Notes under the pieces: model-generated
Database searches by the model: none
Seen by the model: the letters and a program-made list of their open reading frames with translations, nothing else
What the model was told of the DNA's origin: nothing
Translations under genes and position numbers: made by a program
Source of the DNA: Tubiluchus corallicola
Taxonomy: Eukaryota > Animalia > Priapulida
NCBI GenBank assembly: GCA_030141605.1
Contig: JAQGDQ010000051.1
Span: 372,001 to 436,000 of the forward strand
Reading direction: 5' to 3'
Length of the DNA: 64,000 nucleotides
Part shown: piece after piece, positions 1 to 13,200 of the stretch
How positions within the stretch are numbered: position 1 is the first letter of the stretch
How the letters are laid out: each line of letters starts with the position of its first letter

Positions 1-1156
1 CCTTGTGTTTGCTACATTTTTTTGTTGAAAGTTATCAGAAAATTTTTTTGTGCTCAAATATTTTGAGCAGCAGATAAAAGATGAGAAAACCACTTTTTCA
101 TTAGTTACTTTAAGTGAATTACGCAAGTTAAAGTTTGAAAGAACTTCATGACTTTATTTCATTAACAGAAGTTGTAGTTAATGCCAGAAGGTACATTGCC
201 AATTAAGAAATTCACTGTGTTGACATTATTGTCATCCAAAACATACAATACATACAAATCCTGCTCATTTGCCATCACCTCTATTACTGGCTCAGCAGCT
301 AAATTATATAAACAAGATTAACGATGTGATCAAAACAGTTGCCTCCTGGCTATAAACTTGCTCTCAGGTTCTGCTACTGAAACTGAAATTACAAACAAAA
401 ACCAAAATTTATAAAACATAGGAAATCGATACTGAAACCAAAATCGCTCATTTTTTATAGGCAGGTAGGTATACCTTAAAGTAGAAACAAATCTTGTCGG
501 GAAACTAGAACAATATGTATGGTTAAAGGTCATGATGTTTCAAAACACTTTACAAAATTTCATTGGTTTTTAACATATAGCAAAAAAGAAAAGGTAAACT
601 GGACAAATGTACTACTAAAACCTCCAAAAAATGTACAGAAAAATTACCGAAAGTTTTGTCTATGACATAAATTGTTGACGAAATTGAATTATTGGCAAGC
701 CGAAATTTCGGATCGGTAACAACTCTGATTTACTGTAATTGAGTTTAGCATTTAATCACCAAACTAAAGCTCACTAAAATGTCCTGAATAGTAAGTAGTG
801 ATTAAAATATACAGTGCGTTTTATTAACCATGGTAATCACTAATTGACACGTGTTGGCACAGCCACCTGCTCCAGTGATTCATGGTTTTGTAAACTGAAT
901 AACTATCATCAAATGAATGGGACATGCTGCTGCAAGAGCCAGCATGGCTCAATTTATCCCTATAATAATTATGTGCAAGGAAATTAATGCACTGGGCTTC
1001 TTTGCATCATTTGCCAACATTTTCAACACATATTTTTCTGTTTACAGTACTTTTCTAATAGAATCTTTTTTCTTTCACATTAAGATTTTAGCAATGGGAT
1101 TACATATGACGGTTTTGGACGTCCTACTGGTAGCATGAATTTGGACGTTGTCACAG

Positions 1157-1234
1157 CTCAGACTTCAGCTACACCTTTCTTTGTTTCACCTTCAGTATCT
1201 ACTGAAAGACCTATTGATGTAGTCAACTTTCCAA
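1157..1234 (+). CDS. Probable Ser/Thr/Pro-rich linker exon of the receptor gene (QTSATPFFVSPSVSTERPIDVVNFP)
   Basis: cag|...|gtacga, 78 nt, phase 1-1, open and in frame with the next exon. Splice signals are weak. Confidence 0.5.
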
Positions 1235-4200
1235 GTACGATTCATTATTAGTGAAATACGACCACAATTATTGAATTCTTAAACCAAATTCTGGCAGAAA
1301 AAAATAAATGTGAAAAAGTCGTCACTGAGCTAAGATTTAAAGCAGTGATATTTAGATTAGATGTCTATTGTCGTAGACCTTTAGATCATCACTTTAGATG
1401 TTCACCAGGAGTCGCATCCAACTTGTTTGCAATAGTTTTTAGAGTCCTTATGATTACAGTGTTGCCTCACTTATCGCGTGTGTTCCCAATTCAAACTCAT
1501 TAGTTCAGATCTAGGCTCAGTCTTGGCTGCTCCAGGTTTCCTTTGTTTCCAATGAATTTAATTTCAAAATTTAATAATTTTTCGGAGCAGCCCATCACAA
1601 ACTGATTATTGTGAAGTTAAAATTGTAGGTAGTTGAACCATTTGTTGCATTTTACTTTTATACCTGTGTTTTTCTTTTAACCCCTTTTTGATGAAGATGA
1701 AGTAGTTAGTCTGTTTATCAGCTGAAGTTCATTGAAAAATTTATTGAGAATTTAAGAACAATGACTATTAAAATGTTACTATCATATTTCAGCCAACAAC
1801 TCGACTACATTAACTACTCAGCCACCTACATTGTCAACTGTGGATTATAGAAAACCAAGAATAACAGAACTTACTAGCAATAGCCGGGTACCTGCTGGAT
1901 CTACTGTTACACTCACTTGTGCTGCAGCAGATACTGAAAATCTTAATGTATGTCGATACAGTAATTAAATATCATCATTACCATGATTTTATTTAGTTAA
2001 TTATACGATTTTATATCACTGATTTAATCTAAAAGCATTAAATTGTTTTTGAGTTCCACATGTAAAAGAAGAAAATTGGTGCCTCTATGCATATTTAAGC
2101 TAAAGAATTTGCAGGAAAAATAAGTATAAACACAAGATACAGATGTTGATGTTTTTATGATTCAAAGTTAAAACTGAAGCACAACTTCGACAGATGGTTT
2201 GGTCTAAAGGATTACAATGTACATTACTTAACACTTGCTTATATAACTGAAGTTGTTAATAGAGTAGAGCAGACATAAAGTAGTTAGTATTATTTCAAAT
2301 GCTATTTTTAGTATGTATAGCAACTGTTTCATTAAATTCATTAACTTGGGAATGTTGACTTCTACTCAGTGTAATCTGTTTCAGATTGTATGGGTGTACG
2401 TAGATGGTGACACACCTCACATGTTAACAGCAAATGGAGCTAGGCTTACAGAGGACGTGAGGTTCAACAGCAAGGTTTTAGGGAGAGGAAGTGAAAGGGT
2501 GGTCAAGTTGAGGATTCAGGACATAACTAAAAGTGATGAAGGTGTTTATAAATGTGAAATACCAACTGTACCACCAGTGTTTATGGAAGTTTTTATAACT
2601 GTTATTCCGGGTAAGAATTATGTTCTGTATTTTGATTAAGTGCACTTCTGGCTTGGTGCGTCCCAAAAACTATCTGAAATGTTTGTAGTAGATATAATGT
2701 GATCATTAAAGATTAAAGATCAAATTACTTACTTGTTGGTCGGTTGACTTATTAGTCAATGAAGTATTGTAGTGATACAATAAAAGATCTAATGAATTGG
2801 CTTTTTTAATTTCTTAGGAAAACAGAGAAATACTGTGACTGAAAAGCTAAAAACAAATTTTGAGGTTGATAAGCTACAGTTACCTGTAAATGTTACCAGC
2901 ACCATCCATTCTGGGAAAATTGATGTTATAAGACTTAATCGTAGTCAAGGTACATTTATATGTTTATGTTTATATTCTTCAACAGCTTAAATATGAGTTT
3001 TTATCTGTTATTCTTAGCTAATAACATTTATCAACAACTACTTTTTTGCAAAAGTTATTTATCTAAAATAATAAATGATAGGAATCTTTATTTGAAGTGC
3101 ACTTTACATATAACTATTGCAAGTTTGTGCTGGCTTTTATCACTATTTGCATTATTTATAACAGTTAAAACAATAACATAATGTAAATAAGTTTTATCAT
3201 TACCTTAAGTTGTTCCAATTTTTAAATTTTGATACACAATTTAAAGTTTAAAATAACATGAGATCTTAAATAGAAAATACTTGTGATAAAAATGCTTCCG
3301 AGTTTTATATTATTTTTATGGGTGCATTAGATGAGCACCAGCGTACACGGATACGTTTTTGCATATGATTTTAAATGCTATTTTTGTTTTGTAGTTACAG
3401 TTGGTGTTTCACGGACAGTTGCAGGTATAAGACAGGATAGTCATGAAGGTACATTAGATTCTACTCAGACTGATGTTGAAAGACGCATAAAAGATGATGA
3501 TAATGAAAGAGGTTTGTATTCTTGAATAATGCTATGCAGCTAAACTATGTTTACTTTTCACAGGTACTGTACAAATAAAAACAAGTGAAGTTATTGTTGT
3601 TGCATTTCATTCCAGAATATTAGCAGATCCAGCATTTACTTCTCTACGAGTGCATTTGCAAAAGAATTCAAAATTAAATTTAAAGAAAGGGTAAAAATTA
3701 AGTTTAGGTGTTAATTTTATTCATTTCATAAACTTAACAGCTTTCAAGTTAGGATGTCACAAAGATCCGACAGAACCGGAGCTTCGAAACCGTATCCGAA
3801 TAGGACCTGTGATCAGATTCGATTCGCCGACGTTCTAAGCTACCTTAGATCTGGCCCGTTTTGAAAAAAATCCAGTTTAGCTTTGGCTACAGAGGCGATT
3901 CTGTAGCACTTTATTATAAAAGCTTTATACGCTCATTTGCCTTTAAAAGTTTTGGAAAAATCTTTAAATTGGTGCCTTTTTTGATAATTTTGCTCTACTT
4001 GAAATATGCTGACGTCACCATATTCAGTTTCAGCATGTGTCCAACTCATGAAATCCTGAGCAAAAGCACGCATCGCGTTACTATTTTAACTGCTAGTTTC
4101 AACAAAAATACTAAGATTTCTCGTATTACTTTGACAGAACGTGGTTTTACTAACAATGCACGATGTGGCTTAAATGCCATATTTTTCATCATCCATATAA

Positions 4201-7200
4201 CACGGACTCATGGAGTGTAGATAAAGACACCCCACGGAATTTTTTGACTAACAGATCGTTTTATTTGTTAGTCATCGGCAGAAAAATCTGTCGCAAAATG
4301 AACCAATGACACACGGCCGCCCTACACATGGCCACACGGCAAATGCCACCCGGCAGTTGCCTTTCGGCAGATGTCGAATGATCTGATTCACGGCCGTCTG
4401 TGTAGAAGAGAGCGCCACAGGAATGACGGCTGTGCAACCAAAAAGTTTGCGGCATTTAGTTTTAGTACTTGTGGATAGCCATTTTACTGTTGAAGATTAG
4501 ATCTATAATCAGTTGTCTATAGGAGATTATCTTGTTTTTAAGCTCAATTTTTGTGTCACTACTAGGATTGTCGTCACTCCTGATTTGGCCCGGACTCTCC
4601 TGAAATTCAGCCATACATCCGTAATATGGTCTGATTTTTGAAAAATTGTAAAATCTTTTGATTTCGACTATCACATTAAAATTTAAGTGGAAACAATTGA
4701 AATACAGCTTGCATGCTATTGAACCATTGCATGAACCTTAATTTACTTATGCAATGGTTCAATAGCATGCAAGCTGTATTTCCATTAAGCTAAAAACTAC
4801 GGAATTTTTGTTAAATAAAATACAAAACTTATTAAATCAAATTTATATGGTTGCATGGCTTTCGTTAAATGAATAATACAAGTATCCAGTTTAAGTTAAA
4901 TTTACTTAACAAAGACCATCTATCTACGTACAGTATTTGTTGCATATCGTGTCCCAATATGTTGCTGGAAAAGCAAAAACCAATGATGGAACACTGATCC
5001 CTGATTGGATGAAACACTTGGCCGGCCGGCGCACGCCGTACAAAATATATTATTTCTATTTCTATTTTAGGATGGCTGTTGTCTTCACGGTCGCTTCGAT
5101 AAATTCCATGTATCATCTTTGATTTGAAATCAATGTAGTGTAATTTGGATGGTCGTTTTATCATTGGCTTTACCAGTCTGCTATAATTTGGTTGAAAACT
5201 GCATAGATTCGAAAAAAATTCAGTTGAAAGAACAATCTGAAAAATTCAGACTCGAATTTGATTTGGTTTCGAAAATTATTTTAAACTGAGATCGGATTCG
5301 ATCCGGATTAGAAAATTATTATGAAAATGAGATTCAGTGTAAATTCGGATCAATAATTTCATATTTGTGACATCCCTATTTCAAGTACATTTAAATAGTT
5401 TAATCTAAGTTTTCAAGTTTAATTTACTTAAACTAATTTAGAGGAATATTTTTGCAACCTAAAAGATACACTATTTGTATTGCTCAGAAGATCCAATTAT
5501 GTGACATAAACACTGATTATTAGAGTTGTGGGATAGGGTGCGATATGTTGTTTTTTTCTATACCAATTCTTATCACGATACAAGTAGTTTCCCAATTGAT
5601 GAATTGCAAACTTAATTAAAGTCACTTTGTGTAATAAAACTAGTTGGTAAATAATCCAATTGAACTTTGACTAAAACCACTGCAATATTGTATGTCGCAC
5701 TGTGCTCTTCATTCTGCTGTCACACTGTGCGCTTCATTCTGCTCTTGCACTGTGCACTTCATTCTGCTGTCACTCTGTGCTCTTCATTCTGCTGTCACAC
5801 TGTGCTCTTCATACTGCTGTCATACTGTGTTCTTCATTCTGCTGTCACACTGTGCTCTTCATTCTGCTGTCACTCTGTGCTCTTCATTCTGCTGGCACAC
5901 TGTGCTCTTCATTCTGCTGTCACACTGTGTTCTTCATTCTGCTGTCACACGATGCTCTTCATTCTGCTGTCACACTGTGCTCTTCATTCTGCTGTCACAC
6001 TGTGCTCTTCATTCTGCTGTCACTCTGTGCTCTTCATTCTGCTGGCACACTGTGCTCTTCATTCTGCTGTCACACTGTGTTCTTCATTCTGCTGTCACAC
6101 GATGCTCTTCATTCTGCTGTCACACTGTGCTCTTCATTCTGCTGTCACACTGTGCTCTTTATTCTGCTGTCACACTGTGCTCTTCATTCTGCTGTCACAC
6201 TGTGCTCTTCATTCTGCTGTCACTCTGTGCTCTTCATTCTGCTGTCACACTGTGTTCTTCATTCTGCTGTCACACAATGCTCTTCATTCTGCTGTCACAC
6301 TGTGTTCTTCATTCTGCTGTCACACGATGCTCTTCATTCTGCTGTCACACTGTGCTCTTCATTCTACTGTCACACTGTGCTCTTCATTCTGCTGTCACAC
6401 TGTGCTCTTCATTCTGATGTCACACTGTGCGCTTCATTCTGATGTCACACTGTGCTCTTCATTCTGATGTCACACTGTGCTCTTCATTCTGATGTCACAC
6501 TGTGCTCTTCATTCTGCTGTCACACTGTGCTCTTCATTCTGCTGTCACACTGTGCTCTTCATTCTGCTCTTGCACTGTGCACTTCATTCTGATGTCACAC
6601 TGTGCTCTTCATTCTGATGTCACACTGTGCTCTTCATTCTGCTGTCACACTGTGCGCTTCGTCCTGCTGTCACACTGTGCTCTTCATTCTACTGTCACAC
6701 TGTGCGCTTCGTCCTGCTGTCACACTGTGCGCTTCATCCTGATGTCACACTGTGCTCTTCATTCTGATGTCACACTGTGCTCTTCATTCTGCTGTCACAC
6801 TGTGCTCTTCATTCTGCTGTCACACTGTGCTCTTCATTCTGCTGTCACACTGTGCTCTTCATACTGCTGTCACACTGTGCTCTTCATTCTGCTGTCACAC
6901 TGTGCTCTTCATTCTGCTGTCACTCTGTGCTCTTCATTCTGCTGGCACACTGTGCTCTTCATTTTGCTGTCACACTGTGTTCTTCATTCTGCTGTCACAC
7001 GATGTTCTTCATTCTGCTGTCACACTGTGCTCTTCATTCTGCTGTCACACTGTGCTCTTTATTCTGCTGTCACACTGTGCTCTTCATTCTGATGTCACAC
7101 TGTGCTCTTCATTCTGCTGTCACACTGTGCACTTCATTCTGCTGTCACACTGTGCTCTTCATACTGCTGTCATACTGTGCTCTTCATTCTGCTGTCACAC

Positions 7201-10200
7201 TGTGCTCTTCATTCTGCTGTCACACTGTGCTCTTCATTCTGCTGTCACTCTGTGCTCTTCATTCTGCTGTCACACTGTGCTCTTCATTCTGCTGTCACAC
7301 TGTGCTCTTCATTCTGCTGTCACACTGTGCTCTTCATTCTGCTGTCACACTGTGCTCTTCATTCTGCTGTCACACTGTGCTCTTCATTCTGCTGTCACAC
7401 TGTGTTCTTCATTCTGCTGTCACACGATGCTCTTCATTCTGCTGTCACACTGTGCTCTTCATTCTGCTGTCACACTGTGCTCTTCATTCTGCTGTCACAC
7501 TGTGCGATTCATTCTGCTGTCACACTGTGCGATTCATTCTGCTGTCACACTGTGTTCTTCATTCTGCTGTCACACTGTGCTCTTCATACTGCTGTCACAC
7601 TGTGCTCTTCATTCTGCTGTCACTCTGTGCTCTTCATTCTGCTGACACACTGTGCTCTTCATTCTGCTGTCACACTGTGTTCTTCATTCTGCTGTCACAC
7701 GATGCTCTTCATTCTGATGTCACACTGTGCTCTTCATTCTGCTGTCACACTGTGCTCTTCATTCTGCTGTCACACTGTGCGATTCATTCTGCTGTCACAC
7801 TGTGCGATTCATTCTGCTGTCACACTGTGCACTTCATTCTGCTGTCACACTGTGCTCTTCATACTGCTGTCATACTGTGCTCTTCATTCTGATGTCACAC
7901 TGTGCTCTTCATTCTGCTGTCACACTATGCTCTTCATTCTGATGTCACACTGTACTCTTCATTCTGCTGTCACACTGTGCTCTTCATTCTGCTGTCACAC
8001 TGTGCTCTTCATTCTGCTGTCACACTGTGCGCTTCATTCTGATGTCACACTGTGCTCTTCATTCTGCTCTCACACTGTGCTCTTCATTCTGCTCTCACAC
8101 TGTACTCTTCATTCTGCTGTCACACTGTGCGCTTCATTCTGATGTCACACTGTGCTCTTCATTCTGATGTCACACTGTGCTCTTCATTCTGATGTCACAC
8201 TGTGCTCTTCATTCTGCTGTCACACTGTGCTCTTCATTCTGCTGTCACACTGTGCTCTTCATTCTGCTCTTGCACTGTGCGCTTCATCCTGATGTCACAC
8301 TGTGCTCTTCATTCTGATGTCACACTGTGCTCTTCATTCTGCTGTCACACTGTACTCTTCATTCTGCTGTCACACTGTGCGCTTCATTCTGATGTCACAC
8401 TGTGCTCTTCATTCTGATGTCACACTGTGCTCTTCATTCTGCTGTCACACTGTGCTCTTCATTCTGCTGTCACACTGTGCACAACGGGACTAACCATTAG
8501 ATTTATTCTTTTTTTTTCTAGAATTAGCAGCTACTCCATTCTTCACGGTTTGCATGGGGATGTGGCAGATACCAGATAACTGCGATTTTGATTCAACCAC
8601 TGACAGTCCAGAATGCCAGTATCGTGCATTGTGGGCTTATAATGCAGCTAATGATAGTGTACAATTTATCATACAGGCAAAAAATTATGGTTTGCACTGG
8701 ACAGGGATTGGCTTTTCAAAAGACATGAAGATGGTTTGTAACAATATGATATGTAGTTTGCTTAACTTTCTTACTAGAAAAATTACACCTCACATTAAAT
8801 TCGGAATCTTTTTTTGTTTCCTTATATGCTAAAAAATTGCATTTAGGTGTACTAAGCTGGTGAAGAAGCCAAATGTGTAGCAGCATTCTTCTAGCTTTCA
8901 GTGTCAAGTTTAGTCCTTCCCATCTGTATAAAAAAAAACGAAAGTGTAGCTACAATGACCTGCTTCCAGTTAGATTTCTTAGACTGACTTTTGCATCTTT
9001 TCTGTACAGACATGCTTGACACAGCCAGTGAACATGTAGACTACAACTAGGAGTCGGATGCTGAGCATTTCAAATATCATTGAATTTGTGTATTCAACTT
9101 ACAAGTTGTGTTGAATGCATTAAATAAAGTGAAAATCTTACATTCATTCAAATTCTCACATTACATTGTCAGAGTGCTATAAATTGTTTCTACAAAAATG
9201 CTTTGTTTAACTGACATAAATAATAATTTGTATTTCTTTTAAAACGTGACGATGGTTTTTTTGTTGTCATGGCAAGTAAAAGCTGGCGGTCACCTAAGTA
9301 CTTATACAAGAATTGATTATCCACTTGTAAGAATTGTAAGTCACTAGTTTTCTAATATACATTTATTCCTAATAATTTTACAGCCATTGTCTGATGTTGT
9401 GTATGGCTGGGTAAAACCAGACAGTGGAAGGCTTACTTTGATTGATGGTTATATGGACACATACAGTGTGCCACGAGCTGATAGAAAATCTGATGTACAT
9501 GGCATTTCTGGTCATTTGGTCAATGGTGTAACAACTATTGGGTTCTGGAGAAAGCGTAGCACTGATGACGCTAGAGATGTTCAATTTGCAAATAGTGACT
9601 GTTTTTACTTCCTTTTTCCCTATGTTACAAACATTTATGATGATGCCAGCAAACATATCATCAAACACGAGAAGACGCCCATTGTGTCATCTCAAAAGAT
9701 ATGCATTCGACCTTGCAGCATGGAAGGTAAGTCTTATCGTTAAGCATTACTTATGTATGTTTGAACTTAAGCTGGCACGTAGCCCAAAAATTTGTAATGT
9801 GTACCATGAGCTATTTAACTTTTTCCAAAATTTTATTGCTTTTTTGGAGAACCATTATTACTAATGTGAAGCAATGGCATTGACTTTATCTGTAGAAATC
9901 ATGTATTTTAGGCTGATGACAAACTATTACAGGTGAACAAAAAGAGAAAAAATGAATTGCAGCATTTTGTTAACAACCTTTTGTTTCTTAAATTCTTATT
10001 CTAGCAAAACACTTTTACTCCTTTAGAAAGGTTTTAACTTTGTAATAACTAATTTTACTAAAATGAATGCAAGGTACAAAATATCGAAAGTTATAATTTC
10101 TAAATAGAATACCCCATTGCCCTTCAAAGCAAAGTCATTTGCCTCACTGAAAATAAAATTCACTATGCGCTGAACTTTTAAGTATGGTATTGTTCAAAAA

Positions 10201-13200
10201 ATCTTTCCCAGAAATTTAACACAGTAGCAAATGGTAACTATGTAATGAGTTTACATGGTTTGTGGCGAAAAAACTATAGCATGAGAGGTGTAACTTACAC
10301 ATAAAGTGCAAATACTTCACATAATTCACATAACCATTATATATTTTAAACAGCATTACCCAGTGTAAGGTGCAAACAGCATTTCTTTGCATTTGCATAT
10401 ATTATACATTTTATATTGTTTGTTAGCATATGTATATTAGTTTGAGAACACATGCATACAGGTTTATTAGTTATAATTGGATTTTGCTGTTTTACGTTTC
10501 CTACACTCAATACTAAATTCATGGTGAAATTTATATAATCGGCTTTTTAGGATCGGATTTGTTTTTCTCATCAAAATCTAAGAACTTTAAAAGCCAAAGC
10601 GAAGGAGTTGAAACGCCGACGCAACAAACTGAAATAAACGTTAATGTACAACAACCAGGTAATTTTGCAAAAATATTTTTACGATTGCTGTAACTATGTG
10701 TACTATCTGAGACTACTATCAGTAGCTTGATCCAATTAAAATAGTACACGTCTGTCCAGTTTTATAAGCACTTTAGTTTGAGATCGGATCAAAATACAGT
10801 CTTCTTGCAGAACTATTTGGTTAATTGCAATAATTAGCTGTGTCTTCTTCCAGGGAAGCAAGGTTTCCTACTTAATATCGTATTTAGGTTTATTGTGAAC
10901 AGATACTATACTAGAAGATGAATTGTACTTTACCTCTATTGTCATTCACATGTAGATACAGCAAACAGAAAATCAGTACTGAACAAGAGAGGAGATGACA
11001 ATGTTTGGTTGGTAAGGGATAATACTAATTAGGAAAGGCACTGTACAAAATAGGCTGTACACAAAAACCAAATGACAATTACAGAGAAATTTTGACTTTA
11101 GGATATTGAAGAGTGTGGTAATAAACAGTGGTGTAGAATTTTGAATGGCTGGCAAATTTTGAATGGATATGTTCTATGGTTTGGCAAGTTTATATTTTGG
11201 TACTTGAATACTTGATTAAGCATTTTTCATGCTTAAGCTAAAACTAAGTCATGTTCTGAGGACATGTACTATTTTCAGACACATTAACGCACTGCAAAAT
11301 GGAAACCAACATTCAATGGCAGGGCACTTGGACTACCTGAACTTGTAGAAAAGCTGTATGTGCAAATGCAGTATATATGATCAATGTGCTTAAGCTTTTA
11401 GATGATTATCTTGAAGCTCATTTCTAGTTTACTTCACCTTTTGCGCCCTTGAATTTTTTGTATGCAGAATAATGGTATCCTTTCAAACCTCACTATATGT
11501 ACTTTCTTGCAGACAAATTTGTATTTAGTGACTTTGGAACTAATTGTTACACATTTGTTATACTAATTAGTAATAATATTGTTTCAGCTGTTGGCAAAGG
11601 TGATAAAAATGATCAAGTGTTTATTACCCGGACTACAGGACGCACTAAAACAGGTTCTGGTATAAAAAGTACAATAGCTGTTCAACCCTATGGGAAAAGA
11701 ACAAGTGAAATTAATACTGGATGGATACAAACAGATTCTGGGCAAAGCATTTCATTTGGACAAGAATTCAATATCAGAGGCAAAGATAAGGGCAGCATAA
11801 CACTGGTGACTGGTGTTGGAGAAACTGAAGAACTTCCTATTGATGACTCTATTGACGCTAGTGCTGTTATTCCTCTACTTGACAGTAAGTATTTTCTTTT
11901 TTTATTTTTACCTTGTAAATTTGTAACTTTTGCATTTTATCAAGGAGTTTTTGCTAATTTTTTTTCAGCTGGGTTTGGTCAAGGAACTCAATTGTGCTCT
12001 GTGCCAGAGAATGTCAAGTTCACCGATTTCAAACTTCTCTCTCAAGTTCCCGAAGTTGGCTCGAAGCTTGTCCTTTCTTGTCAGCCGGGCTTCATATTGG
12101 CTGGTTCTCCTATATTGTCATGCAGACGTGATGGTAGCTGGCATTCTGCAGACGAAACTTTTCCATCTTGTGGTAATCTTAACACCTCTTTTGTTCTTAG
12201 ATTTGTATCTTTAATAACTAAGACACACCATTCCCACAGATGAGAAATTCAAGTTTTAGCAAGGAACCATAATGACAAGAAAAAGATATTTCATAATTTG
12301 CTTGAATGCAAGTTCAATTAATGTTTAGTGTAACTATTTGCTACTCATATAGCTTATATTGGTTGTTTCATTTCCAGCAAAATGTTTTTTTTATTTAAAA
12401 TAGCATGTGTATGGTGTGTGTCTAATGTCAAAACTCTTACCTTGTTTCGTCTGTTGTTTATTACTAGTTGAGATTAAAAACTGTGGGCCACATCCAGTAA
12501 TTGAGAATGGTGCATATGAGTTGCTAAATGGAACGACAACAACAGGAAGCATGGTTACCATCTCCTGTGCTGAAGGTTTTGCCACAGATGTGCCAATAAG
12601 AGAATGTAGTTTGGAAGGCAAATGGAGCGGAGGCTCAGTAAGATGTGCAAGTGAGTTAAAGAATGTTTCAGTTTATTTAGATTCTGTTTTTACACCGTGA
12701 TTCTTTTCCATTGCATTATAGTGTTCTTTACTGCTCTTATATACTTTAACGGAAATTTATTCCATGGCAGGAATCTATTTGCTCTCGTTCCTTTCTTTCA
12801 CCACTTACAAACAAATAAAATTAGATCACTAATATTGCTATAATGCTACCTTCTTGAATGTTATTGAAACTAAGGAGTAAAAAGAGTAACTGAATAAACA
12901 TGCTGTCAAATATGAGCCTTGCTGAACCTCAATATCACAACCATTTCAAAAAATTAAATTATTGTCTAATTAAATAATAATAATGCACTATGCTTGCAGA
13001 ATTGTGCATGTACATATGCACTATCAGTGACTCTTTTGGTTGTAGTTATTAGTACTGATAGTGTAGCAGTTGCTTCATAAATTAGTATGTATAGTCCAAA
13101 CAAACCCAAACGTGATTGTTGTTTGCAAAATAAATCAATGCTCAATGTTGAATAAGGCATTAAACATAAGTGCTGCAAAACTACTTTTTATTTAAAAACT

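Noticed and set aside
169-190. Possible micro-exon of the receptor gene (ttaacag|...|gtacat)
   Set aside because: The 22-nt length and resulting phase are not convincingly compatible, and it is too short to support.
320-728. Possible MITE with CCGAAA-like repeats and a CAGAGTTGTTACCGA-type end
   Set aside because: Only one end is recognisable and there is no TSD.
5692-8480. CRISPR-like array
   Set aside because: Units are head-to-tail with no unique spacers, there are no cas genes, and the context is eukaryotic.
5667-8493. Many long Cys/His-rich ORFs (up to 371 aa) in all three + frames
   Set aside because: Artefact of a stop-free 25-bp unit: the 75-nt period gives the same peptide in every frame. 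TGA variants interrupt at random and the array lies in an intron.
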